From the NCBI GenBank assembly GCA_965655095.1, contig OZ296651.1, positions 30,628,001 to 30,692,000 on the forward strand: a stretch of DNA of 64,000 nucleotides, in the 5' to 3' direction. The notes below the pieces were generated by a model. It did not search any database and had not been told where the DNA came from. It was given only the letters and a program-made list of their open reading frames with translations. Origin of the DNA: Haplodiscus bocki. Taxonomy: Eukaryota. A program made the translations under genes and the position numbers. Every line of letters starts with the position of its first letter. The stretch's first letter is position 1. This document shows positions 40,691-51,993 of this stretch, in pieces.

Positions 40691-43600
40691 TTAGAAATCC
40701 GTATTTCTTTTTCTCATATTTTCGCTATGACACGCTCTACATAAGGTTTAGTTTTCAATATAATTTCCAGTGTTTATTTCGGCTTCATATTTACTACATC
40801 TTTTAATTGGTATTTGAACGGGTTTATCTATAACTATGTTGTTTTCGGTTTCATAATACGGAAGCATGTGACCAAATTCGTTTTCTGGTTGTCGCTTTAA
40901 TTTGTTGATCTCTACCGATTATTCTGCTATACGAGATATTTTCCTCAAACAATCTTGACAACTTTTACTTATTTCACAATTGAAACAATTCATTTCTGGT
41001 TTTATTGCGCAACCAACACATTTTTTACTTTCATCGCAATTCTCACAACCAACTTTACGATGTGGTATCTTAATACCGGCTAGTTCACGTTTCCATTTTA
41101 GTTTTGATATGTTTTTTAGTGTTTTACCTTGTTCCAGATCGAGAAAATCTTTAAAATTTATGTTATTGATGTTTTGGTTAAATCCTTTGAAAGTTGACTT
41201 TTGAGATAATATACGATTTTCATTGATAACAATACAGTATTTAACTTTGGGAGCTAAAAACAAACCATAGACAATTCCAGCGTTCTCACCATAATCGTTT
41301 TTAGATTGAAATAGGTCTTTACCAACCAACCCTTTTTCTATTGGCATATTTTAATCAATTTTGTGAATATATACACTATCCGTGTCTCCATAGTAAATTT
41401 TATTGTTTTTAAAACCATCTAGAGCCAATATAACATCCTTCATTAACCTTTTCGAATGCGATCATATGAGAGATCCAAATTGAAATGGTTGACTATTTAC
41501 TTTTTTACTCACACCATTGTCGTCTACACCGTTATGATCTTTAACGTTTACTAGATAATTTCCGTTTTTGAGAGGGATATATTCTTTTACTCTATCATCG
41601 TATTCTGTTTTCATCCAGTTTTCCGATACACATTTTAAAATTTCATGAATATCGCATCTAATACAACCACCGTACGTACCGTTTGATATTTGTTTACACA
41701 TATCTTGTAAGATAGTTTTACCCGGTTTCTTATTTTCGTTTCTCTTCACCGTCATATCTAAAATATACTCTTTGAACCGATTGTAATCGAGATTATCACA
41801 GATAAAACCCTCGTAAAATTCTTTAATAACACCGCCAATCCTTACAACTTCTTCAATATCAACACTGGTTAGATGTTGGGTTACGTCTCCATTTCTAAAT
41901 CGGTTAATACATTCACATTTGTTATCGGTCTCGTTGTAGACATCTTCTTTAACAGCCATATGTTGTAGAATCAAGTTCTCGGGATTGTGATATTCAACTC
42001 TAAAAAATCCTGTTTTATTCAAAGAAGCCCATTCGCCGGTGTTAAACAATTTACAATATTCTTCACTATCTTCCGATTTATTGCTTTTGCTGTTTGTATT
42101 GCGGGCCAGGTTGATTTTATATGAGCCATTGCTGAAGGACATAAACTATTATAATCGCTACTAACTAAGAGGTCCGATTTATCGATTTTGTTTGATTCTT
42201 TGGAAATTGGCAGGCTAGACAATTTTTTCTTGATATAATTTTCGAAATGTTGTTTGTTTGTTTTCCTATATTCATCGAATTTGTTTTCATATTTATTCGT
42301 ATATTGTTTTTTGACTTTATCTAATCGTTGAAAGTATATTTCAAATAATTTTGATATTTCATGTTCTTTACCAAAGTATTTCTTAAGTATGTTTACTATT
42401 TGATTAAATGAGGTTGATACAAATTTACGATTCAGAGCAACAACCCTACCACCGTGTACACTTCTATGAATGAAATCTCGAACATATTTATTTTTTGGTG
42501 TATAGAACGTTTTTGCTGATTGTTTCATGTATTTCCCCAAAGTAGACCATGCTAGAGAAGATTCTGTTAACGAATTTTTAAACGAAACAGCTGTTATTTT
42601 TTGAATTTTGTTACCGTGTTTTGCTACTACTGCTGCTAGTCCTAATACGTCGTCTATGAGATATGGTTTCCATAATTTTTCATGTTCTTTGTAATTCGAT
42701 AAATTTATTAGATTATGATCGATTTCACCTTTAATTAGTTGTGGTTGAATATTGTATTCTTTTTGTATTTTCTTTAAGGATCCCGAGATATGTACTTTTG
42801 AACAGACAAATTTCATGTATTGCGGTATTTCTTTATCGTTTTCATAGACAGTTCCAACTCTAAAGCTTAGTTTTAAAAATCCTCGAGATGTTTTTATGAT
42901 TTTCATGTCTTTGTCTGTATATTCTTTCGGTAGCGAATTCAAAACAATAGCATTATCAAAACCACTAGCATTGTGACCGATTAGTTGATATCTATGAGAC
43001 GATATTTTGAGCTCACCGTTTTTATCTTTGAAATATTTTGGCTTACCTTTATAATTTGTGGTGATATATTTAATCATACCTAGAACAGGGTTATTGTTAG
43101 CGCGATCAAATATCTGAACATGCTGTCTTTCGATTTCTAATTCTTCTTCTGTCAAATCACCGTTGTAACATTCTTTTAAACGATCTAGATGATAACAACC
43201 CGCCGCATATGTTTCACAAAATTCTTGATATGGCATATGGCACGTTAACAGTTTCGAGATCAAAAGAAAACACTGCAAACAAACAATCTTTCTCATTAAA
43301 TATAGGGAATTTATATTCAACAACTTGTTTTAAAATGTTATCATTAATATGGTCAGGTTGGTATTCGAAATTCTTTTCTAATTCTTTGATCGCATCAGTG
43401 AAATTTGTTTTCTCCCTTTTCCATATCACACAAAAATTGTTTTGATGGATAAATAGACAAATTCTTCGTTCTTTTATAGAAAGTGGTAGAATTCTTTTCT
43501 GTTTTAAATCATAAACACCAAGATTGATGTTGTGCTTTTTACAGAATGGTTGTATTTTAGCGGATGTCATTATATTTTTGTTTCTTTGCGATTCTTTAAT

Positions 43601-44278
43601 AAATTCACGATATCGGTGCGAGAAGTCTTTTTTGTTAATAAATTCTAAACATTTTCTGAAGCATTCGTTTTCCTCAGGTATATAACACAGATTACCTCGA
43701 TATTCTAGAATTTTTTCAAAACTATCGCAACCTGTTTCATACTTACTTCGTTGTATTTTATTGAATGTTTTAGCGTATCTGATTAATTCTCCCGTAAATG
43801 TAATGTTCAGGGTTTCATCATCTTTATCATTTACCTTCTCGAATCTTTTATCAAGTTGCTCGCCGTCTTTAAAGAGAGCATTAATCGTGCTAGGGTCATT
43901 ATCGTTTATTCTAATTTCACCTTTTAATATGAATGGATATCCATCTTTAATATTTTCAAAAATCTCATGAATTGAATCATTTTCGAATATAACCACGTTG
44001 TGTTCTACAATATCTAGAAATTTTTTAAAATCAATCTCGTCATCTTGTTTAATACCACTAAAATCAAACGGATTTGTTTCACCATATTGTTCAATATCTC
44101 GAATTCTCTGGTTAACGTCGTTTAATTCAAATATTTTGTTTTGAAGTCTGGTGTTTAACTCGTTTTTGGAATCGTTTAAAACATCGAGCTGTTTCAGGTT
44201 TGTGGTGTTTTTTATTTTATTAATAACCACATCTATTCTGTGTTCCAATAATTCAATTTTTTTGATAATTTTTTCCAT
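40691..44278 (-). pseudogene. protein-primed-type family B DNA polymerase, left-arm copy (disrupted)
   Basis: Exo motifs FDLET, HNASGFD, YLIDDV; SVHGGR; motif A DYNSLCPSAM; motif B KQISNGTYG; motif C YGDTDS (intact here); arm-specific 7-bp duplication near 43235 and stop at 41351. Confidence 0.93.
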
Positions 44279-44381
44279 TTATAATATAGAAAACCGTTGA
44301 ATTAAAATATATTTGTTGATAAAAGTAGTATTTTAAACTATGATATAAAAAGTATTCAATAATTTATACTTAAATAAAAGG

Positions 44382-44706
44382 ATGAACAAAACGAAATAAT
44401 TAAAATATGTCGTGCTTGCGGTCACGAAAGAGAGTATGATAATTATCATCGTTTATATGTTGCATGCAAAAAATGCGCGAGTGCACGATCTGTTAAACAC
44501 TATCAAAAAAATAGAGAAAAATATTGGAAAAAGCTAGAATTTATCGTGAAAATAATAAAGACAAACTTAAACGAAACAGAAAAACTATTGACACATGCAC
44601 GGAAAATATACAAGATCTTTACAATCAGATTAACACCTTAACAGAGATGCTGAAACTACCACATTATTTGGTTAGAACGCCGTTGATTCGTGAACACAAC
44701 AAATAA
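44382..44706 (+). pseudogene. small CxxC...CxxC basic protein (frameshifted); mirror at 51566-51890
   Basis: CRACGHERE...CKKCASAR...YQKNREK/ILEKARIYRENNKDK. Confidence 0.6.
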
Positions 44707-44771
44707 CAACAGAATCGTTAACAGTTCAATTTTAAAAAATAATATTGAAAAAATAATTATCTATTTTAAAC

Positions 44772-45528
44772 ATGACTGCATTAATGTGTCAAGTAACGTG
44801 TACCTTGTGTAACATAAAAATTGATGAAACAGAATTGAAAAAACACATAATTTCTACAAAACATTTACAAAATTGTAAAAACGTTGACGATGAAATTGCA
44901 ATAAAAATTTTTGAGATGATTTTTGAGGTAAGACAGGAAAAGAAGAGAATATTTAATTTAAAAAATGAAAAAACACACAATTTCTGGCAACTATATTTTT
45001 CAACAAAGCTACCAAAAGAGGAGTTTGATGCATTATTTAATAATTCAGTCGACAAATTGGAAATAGAAAAAAAATCTTACAACAGATTTTAATGATTTTA
45101 TATCAAAAGTAACACCTATTATCGGGGAAATTTATTTTGGTTCAATGAAAGATATAACATTCTGTAAGATTTGTAGTATTGAAATAAAAAAATCACTGCT
45201 TTAGGATCACATTAATTCAAAGGAACACAAAAAAATTGAAGATTATTTTATTAGGAAATGTATGACTTATTGTGAACTTTGTTGTAAAGAAATAAGAAAT
45301 GATGAATGGAGAGATCATGTAATTTCGGAGAAACATTTAGGGTTTGAAGAAAAAAAATATTGTTTGTACTGCAATATGAAATATGATAATCATAGTAAAT
45401 ATAATTATAGTAGTTATGGTAATCAAGAAAGAGCATATATTAGACATAAAAACCATATATCTAACAGTCACCTAGATAGCGAGTTTCATAGGAGAAATGT
45501 GGAGAGATTTGATTTTTATGCTAATTAG
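44772..45528 (+). pseudogene. four-finger C2H2 (CxxC...HxxxxxH) zinc-finger protein, left copy
   Basis: CTLC..HIISTKH, CKIC..HINSKEH, CELC..HVISEKH, CLYC..HLDSEFH; frameshift near 45070 and stop near 45202. Confidence 0.8.
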
Positions 45529-45592
45529 ATTTTTATAATCATTATGGTTGTTTAATCAGAATTTTTATAATTATGGGTACTTCCGTATTTAA

Positions 45593-46075
45593 ATGAATAA
45601 AAGATTTTCATATGATAATATTATCAAATCACGATCAAAAGAGCCAAATGACTTAATTAGAACATATAAGCTAGATCGATGTTGTGATTTTATGGAAAAA
45701 AAATTCACTAATCCCAGATTAACACAAAAACAAATTTGTAAACAATTAAGATTTTCCGATAGTACTATTAAACGATATAGAGACGATATTAAAATGGATA
45801 GTCCTTATAGATGAAATAATCACAAAAAGAAAAAACCTAAGCAATCACCAGGTACTACAACAGAAAATATTTCCAAGAAAGAAAATACTAAATCAGTTAC
45901 AAATAAGAGATCTAAAAACAATGTTATAAAAGGTGGTAATACCCACACATTAACCGGTAGAGAATTAATCGATCAAGCTTTTCAGAATGATAAAGCAGAC
46001 TCTGTTTTAGAAAACAATCAAAAAGATAATAAAAAATATTTTACAATAGCTAGAAGAATGGTGGATAATGTTTAA
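45593..46075 (+). pseudogene. HTH-motif DNA-binding protein, left copy (one in-frame stop)
   Basis: LTQKQICKQLRFSDSTIKRYR; the TGA at 45812 is AGA in the right arm. Confidence 0.7.
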
Positions 46076-46134
46076 AAACACATATACTTGTACGAATATA
46101 CGAGTTTCTTTTTGCAAACAATCATTATTATTAA

Positions 46135-46530
46135 ATGGATAAAATAGAACAAGAAATAAAGCAAGATGAAAATACGATAAATGACATTGCAGAAAAATTA
46201 GAACTCGTCTCTAACACTAATATGGTTACAGAAGAGGAACTTTTACAAAAATTTGTTGCCAAAGATGTAATAAAAAACAAGATGATCACCGTTGCTGGCC
46301 AAATGTTTATTGAATATGAGAAAGAAATAGATAATTCTAATCAAATAATCAAAGGATATGAAGATTATATCGGTGATGATAAAATCAGAAAGGATATATT
46401 AGACAAAGTTTGTGGAGAAAACATAAAAGAAGTTTCTTCTGAGAAAGATGAAATTTATAAAAATAATTTTATTAATAGATTTATCAAAATTAAAAATATT
46501 AATAAACGAGAAATGCTATCAAACAAATAA
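46135..46530 (+). CDS. 131-aa hypothetical protein, coiled-coil-like
   Basis: Intact ORF; mirror copy at 49734-50130. Confidence 0.6.
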   Translation: MDKIEQEIKQDENTINDIAEKLELVSNTNMVTEEELLQKFVAKDVIKNKMITVAGQMFIEYEKEIDNSNQIIKGYEDYIGDDKIRKDILDKVCGENIKEVSSEKDEIYKNNFINRFIKIKNINKREMLSNK

Positions 46531-46654
46531 TTATTGTTATGAAAAGTATCAAAAATCTTTTATTATTCTTTTTATGTGCAAGGTATAAATTTTTTTAGTA
46601 TTTTAATTGATATATTGCTTCGTTAGCTATATTATTAACAAGTTCTGTTCTCAT

Positions 46655-46816
46655 TTATCTTTTCTTATAGTGTGTTTCTATTATCATTGAGTTAGTACAT
46701 GAGTTTTTTAAAACGTTATTAGCATGTCCTTGAGATTTTAAATGGGTTTGATAATTATCAGGCAAAACAGATATGTGACAAACACCACAATAAATTCTAT
46801 TTTGTACACAAGGCAT
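46655..46816 (-). CDS. 53-aa single C2H2 zinc-finger peptide
   Basis: MPCVQNRIYCGVCHISVLPDNYQTHLKSQGH; not in the ORF track; paralogous to the neighbouring 145-aa ORF. Confidence 0.65.
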   Translation of the reverse strand: MPCVQNRIYCGVCHISVLPDNYQTHLKSQGHANNVLKNSCTNSMIIETHYKKR

Positions 46817-46883
46817 TTTTTTATAATTTAGATAAATTATTTCAATTTTTTGTATACAAAACTCTCAAAAATAATATTTCAGT

Positions 46884-47321
46884 TCACATCTTTATCCTTA
46901 TATATACATATCCATCGCGGCAATAGACATATTCTCCCAACGTTATCCCCATAACATTATATAACTTTTGTAACACTTCTTTACCTTCTGTACTTGATTC
47001 ACCATCATAATGATTAGAGAACTTTAATAACAAAATTTCAGAACCAATATCTTTTGCTGTTGTTTGGTTACTTTCTATAATTTTTTTAACGTTTGAAAAG
47101 TCTGTCTTTATGCTATCATTCGTTTCAAGAGATACCTTATTCATACAACATGTGAGATCATGGTTGTCACGATGGGTTATATCATTATTACAACCACAAC
47201 ATTGCTTTCTCATAACGTTAATATAATGTCCTTTAGATTTTAAATGGTTTGAATAATTATTACGAAAATACGAGTTTTTACAATCACTACAGTAAATTCT
47301 GTTGTTTTGAGCACAATACAT
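46884..47321 (-). CDS. 145-aa C2H2 zinc-finger protein
   Basis: NRIYCSDCKNSYFRNNYSNHLKSKGH; intact in both arms. Confidence 0.75.
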   Translation of the reverse strand: MYCAQNNRIYCSDCKNSYFRNNYSNHLKSKGHYINVMRKQCCGCNNDITHRDNHDLTCCMNKVSLETNDSIKTDFSNVKKIIESNQTTAKDIGSEILLLKFSNHYDGESSTEGKEVLQKLYNVMGITLGEYVYCRDGYVYIRIKM

Positions 47322-47415
47322 TTTTTTATTTGGATAATTTACTTCAATTATGAATAAACAATAGTGATAACAGATTTCAACATATCAGAAAAGTAACAAT
47401 TCACTTGAAACATAG

Positions 47416-47950
47416 CAGTTACATAAAACGTAACAGTTACATAAAACGTAACGGTTACATAAAACGTAACAGTTACATAAAACGTAACAGAACAGATCAG
47501 AACAGATCAGAACAGATCAGATCAGAACAGATCAGAACAGATCAGAACAGATCAGAACAGTTCAAAGTGTACTTTTTATCATCTAAGTAAATTAAAATAT
47601 GATATACACACATTTGATTAGAAGAAGAATATGTTATTTGAGATTTCAAATTTATTTGATTAGAAGAAGATTATGGTATTTGAGATTTGATTAGAAGAAG
47701 ATTATTTTGTTTGAGATTTGTTTAGAACAAGATTATGTTATTTGAGATTTCAAAATTATTTGATTAGAAGAAGATTATATTTTTTGAGATTTGATTAGAA
47801 GAAGATTATGGTCTTTGAGATTTCAAAAATATTTGATTACAAGAAGATTATGTTGTTTGAGATTTCAAATTTATTTGATTAGAAGAAGATTATGTTGTTT
47901 GAGATTTCAAAATTTTTCGATTAGAAGAATACTATGTTGTTTTGATATTT
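47416..47950. repeat. left subcentral satellite block: 18-bp x4, (AACAGATCAG)n, and ~31/42-bp GATTAGAAGAAGATTAT repeats x~9
   Basis: Seen directly. Confidence 0.92.
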
Positions 47951-48124
47951 CTTAATTTTAGAATAAACACACAATGTCCTGTGAAAATTCAAGGTATTTG
48001 TACTTTTTAGCATCTACATAAAGTAAATTATGGTTATGAAAAGTCAATTGATTAGGTCAAATCGAATAATAATGCACTTATAAACGTTAAAACGTCACGA
48101 GAGTTCAATGCGAGTTCACCAGTG

Positions 48125-48227
48125 GCACATATTTACAAGTAATAACCTATATGTGAGTATATCATTAGCGAGCTTACAGCTCACTGAATAAACATATTTA
48201 CAAGTAATAACTTATAAGTAAGTACAT
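48125..48227. other. structured palindrome centre: axial hairpin plus two direct quasi-palindromic sites
   Basis: GAGCT-TAC-AGCTC centred at 48176, the midpoint of the arm ends 48124 and 48228; ACATATTTACAAG-TAATAA-C(C/T)TATA.. at 48127 and 48192. Confidence 0.8.
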
Positions 48228-48409
48228 CACTGGTGACCTCGACCTGAACTCTCGTGACGTTTTAACTTTTTTAAGTGCATTATTATTCGATTTGACCTAA
48301 TCAATTGACTTTTCATTACCACATTTTACTTTATGTAGATGCTAAAAAGTACAAATACTTTGAATTTTCACAGGACATTGTGTGTTTATTCTAATATTTA
48401 GAAATATCA

Positions 48410-48850
48410 AAACAACATAGTATTCTTCTAATCGAAAAGGTTTGAAATCTCAAACAACATAATCTTCTTCTAACCAGATAATTTTGAAATCTCAAATAAT
48501 ATAATCTTCTTCTAATCAAATAATTTTGAAATCTCAAATAACATAATCTTCTTCTAATCAAATCTCAAATGCCATAATCTTCTTCTAATCAAATAATTTT
48601 GAAATCTAAAATAGCATATTCTTCTTCTAATCAAATGTGTGTATATCATATTTTAATTTACTTAGATGATAAAGAGTACAATTTGAACTGTTCTGATCTG
48701 TTCTGATCTGTTCTGATCTGATCTGTTCTGATCTGTTCTGTTACGTTTTATGTAACTGTTACGTTTTATGTAACTGTTACGTTTTATGTAACTGTTACGT
48801 TTTATGTAACTGTTACGTTTTATGTAACTGTTACGTTTTATGTAACTGCT
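48410..48850. repeat. right subcentral satellite block (inverted; 18-bp x6, long unit x~6)
   Basis: Seen directly; copy numbers differ from the left arm. Confidence 0.92.
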
Positions 48851-48942
48851 ATATTTCAAGTGAATTGTTACTTTTCTGATATTTTGAAATCTATAATCAC
48901 TATTATTCATTCATAATTGAAATATATTATCCAATTAATAAA

Positions 48943-49380
48943 ATGTATTGTGCTCAAAACAACAGAATTTACTGTAGTGATTGTAAAAACTCTTATTTTC
49001 GTAATAATTATTCAAATCATTTAAAATCTAAAGGACATTATATTAACGTTATGAGAAAGCAATGTTGTGGTTGTAATAATGATATAACCCATCGTGACAA
49101 CCATGATCTCACATGTTGTATGAATAAGGTATCTCTTGAAACGAATGATAGCATAAAGACAGACATTTCAAACGTTAAAAAAATTATAGAAAGTAACCAA
49201 ACAACAGCAAAAGATATTGGTTCTGAAATTTTGTTATTAAAGTTCTATAACCATTATGATGGTGAATCAAGTACAGAAGGTAAAGAAGTGTTACAAAAGT
49301 TATATAATGTTATGGGGATAACGTTGGGAGAATATGTCTATTGCCGCGATGGATATGTATATATAAGGATAAAGATGTGA
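48943..49380 (+). CDS. 145-aa C2H2 zinc-finger protein, right copy
   Basis: Two amino-acid differences from 46884-47321. Confidence 0.75.
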   Translation: MYCAQNNRIYCSDCKNSYFRNNYSNHLKSKGHYINVMRKQCCGCNNDITHRDNHDLTCCMNKVSLETNDSIKTDISNVKKIIESNQTTAKDIGSEILLLKFYNHYDGESSTEGKEVLQKLYNVMGITLGEYVYCRDGYVYIRIKM

Positions 49381-49447
49381 ACTGAAATATTATTTTTGAG
49401 AGTTTTGTATACAAAAAATTGAAATAATTTATCTAAATTATAAAAAA

Positions 49448-49609
49448 ATGCCTTGTGTACAAAATAGAATTTATTGTGGTGTTTGTCACATATCTGTTTT
49501 ACCTGATAAATATCAAACCCATTTAAAATCTCAAGGACATGCTAATAACGTTTTAAAAAACTCATGTACTAACTCAATGATAATAGAAACACACTATAAG
49601 AAAAGATAA
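49448..49609 (+). CDS. 53-aa single C2H2 zinc-finger peptide, right copy
   Basis: MPCVQNRIYCGVCHISVLPDKYQTHLKSQGH...KKR*. Confidence 0.65.
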   Translation: MPCVQNRIYCGVCHISVLPDKYQTHLKSQGHANNVLKNSCTNSMIIETHYKKR

Positions 49610-49733
49610 ATGAGAACAGAACTTGTTAATAATATAGCTAACGAAGCAATATATCAATTAAAATACTAAAAAAATTTATACCTTGCACATAAAAAGAATA
49701 ATAAAATTTTTTTGATACTTTTCATAACAATAA

Positions 49734-50130
49734 TTATTTGTTTGATTGCATTTCTCGTTTATTAATATTTAAAATTTTAATAAATCTATTAATAAAATTA
49801 TTTTTATAAACTTCATCTTTCTCAGAACAAACTTCTTTTATTTTTTCTCCACAAACTTTGTCTAATATATCCTTTCTGATTTTATCATCACCGATATAAT
49901 CTTCATATCCTTTGATTATTTGATTAGAATTATCTATTTCTTTCTCATATTCGATAAACATTTGGCCAGCAACGGTGGTCATCTTGTTTTTTATTACATC
50001 TTTGGCAACAAATTTTTGTAAAAGTTCCTCTTTTGTAACCATATGAGTGTTAGAGACGAGTTCTAATTTTTCTGCAATGTCATTTATCGTATTTTCATCT
50101 TGCTTTTTTTCTTGTTCTCTTTTATCTATT
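49734..50130 (-). pseudogene. coiled-coil-like hypothetical protein, right copy (original ATG lost)
   Basis: Mirror of 46135-46530. Confidence 0.55.
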
Positions 50131-50188
50131 TAATAATAATGATTGTTTGCAAGAAGAAACTCGTATCTTCGTACAAGTATATGTGTTT

Positions 50189-50581
50189 TTAAACATTATC
50201 CACCATTCTTCTAGCTATTGTAAAATATTTTTTATTATCTTTTTGATTGTTTTCTAAAACAGAGTCTGCTTTATCATTCTGAAAAGCTTGATCGATTAAT
50301 TCTCTACCAGTTAATGTGTGGGTATCAGAAACATTACCACCTTTTATAACATTGTTTTTAGATCTCTTATTTGTAACTGATTTAGTATTTTCTTTCTTGC
50401 AAATATTTTCTGTTGTAGTATCTGGTGATTGCTTAGGTTTTTTCTTTTTGTGATTATTTCTTCTATGAGGACTATCCATTTTAATATCGTCTCTATATCG
50501 TTTAATAGTACTATCGGAAAATCCTAAATGTTTACAAATTTGATTTTGTGTTAATCTGGGATTATTGAACTTTTCTTCCAT
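50189..50581 (-). CDS. HTH-motif protein, right copy (5' part disrupted)
   Basis: LTQNQICKHLGFSDSTIKRYR. Confidence 0.65.
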   Translation of the reverse strand: MEEKFNNPRLTQNQICKHLGFSDSTIKRYRDDIKMDSPHRRNNHKKKKPKQSPDTTTENICKKENTKSVTNKRSKNNVIKGGNVSDTHTLTGRELIDQAFQNDKADSVLENNQKDNKKYFTIARRMVDNV

Positions 50582-50744
50582 AAAATCACAACATCAATCG
50601 AGTTTATATGTTCTAATTAAGTCATTTGGCTCTATTGATCGTGATTTGATAATATTATCATATGAAAATCTTTTTTTGATTTATATACGAAAGTACCCAT
50701 AATTATAAAATTTCTGATTAAACAACCATAATTATTATAAAAAC

Positions 50745-51500
50745 CTAATTAGCACAAAAATCAAATCTCTCCACATTTCTCTTATGAAACTCGCTATCTA
50801 GGTGACTGTTAGATATATGGTTTTTATGTGTAATATGTGCTCTGTCTTGATTACCATAACTAGTACAATTATATTTACTATGATTATCATATTTCTTGTT
50901 GCAGTACAAACCATATTTTTTTTCTTCAAACTCTAAATATTTCTCCGAAATTACATGATCTCTCCAATCATCATTTCTTATTTCTTTACAACAAAGTTCA
51001 CAATAAGTCATACATTTCCTAAAAAAATAATCTTCAATTCCTTTGTGTTCCTTTGAATTAATGTGATCATAAAGCAGTGATTTCTTTATTTCAATACTAC
51101 AAATCCTACAGAATGCTATATATTTCATTGAACCAAAATAATTTTTCCCGATAATAGGTGTCACTTTCGATATAAAATCATTAAAATCTGTTGTAAGAGT
51201 TTTCTCTATTTCCAATTTGTCGACTGAATTATTACATAATGTATCAAACTTCTCTTTTGGTAGATTTTCTGAAAATTATAGTTGCTAGAAATTGTGTGTT
51301 TTTTCCTTTTTCAAATTAAATATTCTCTTTTTTTCCGGTCTTACCTCAAAAATCATCTCAAAAAATTTTATTGCAATTTCATCGTCAACGTTTTTACAAT
51401 TTTGTAAATGTTTTGTAGAAATTATGTGTTTTTTCAATTCTGTTTCATCAATTTTTATGTTACACAAGGTACACGTTACTTGACACATTAATGCAGTCAT
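50745..51500 (-). pseudogene. four-finger C2H2 protein, right copy (251 codons, one in-frame TAG at 51285)
   Basis: ORFs 51285-51500 and 50745-51215 are in the same frame; the left arm has TGG at the stop position. Confidence 0.8.
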
Positions 51501-51993
51501 GTTTAAAATAGATAATTATTTTTTCAATATTATTTTTTAAAATTGAACTGTTAACGATTCTGTTGTTATTTGTTGTGTTCACGAATCAACGGCGTTCTAA
51601 CCAAATAATGTGGTAGTTTCAGCATCTCTGTTAAGGTGTTAATCTGATTGTAAAGATCTTGTATATTTTCCGTGCATGTGTCAATAGTTTTTCTGTTTCG
51701 TTTAAGTTTGTCTTTATTATTTTCACGATAAATTCTAGCTTTTTCCAATATTTTTCTCTATTTTTTTGATAGTGTTTAACAGATCGTGCACTCGCGCATT
51801 TTTTGCATGCAACATATAAACGATGATAATTATCATACTCTCTTTCGTGACCGCAAGCACGACATATTTTAATTATTTCGTTTTGTTCATCCTTTTATTT
51901 AAGTATAAATTATTGAATACTTTTTATATCATAGTTTAAAATACTACTTTTATCAACAAATATATTTTAATTCAACGGTTTTCTATATTATAA

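Noticed and set aside
47405-48910. NSYIKR/RSEQI repeat ORFs
   Set aside because: Translations of satellite arrays; copy number and start differ between arms.
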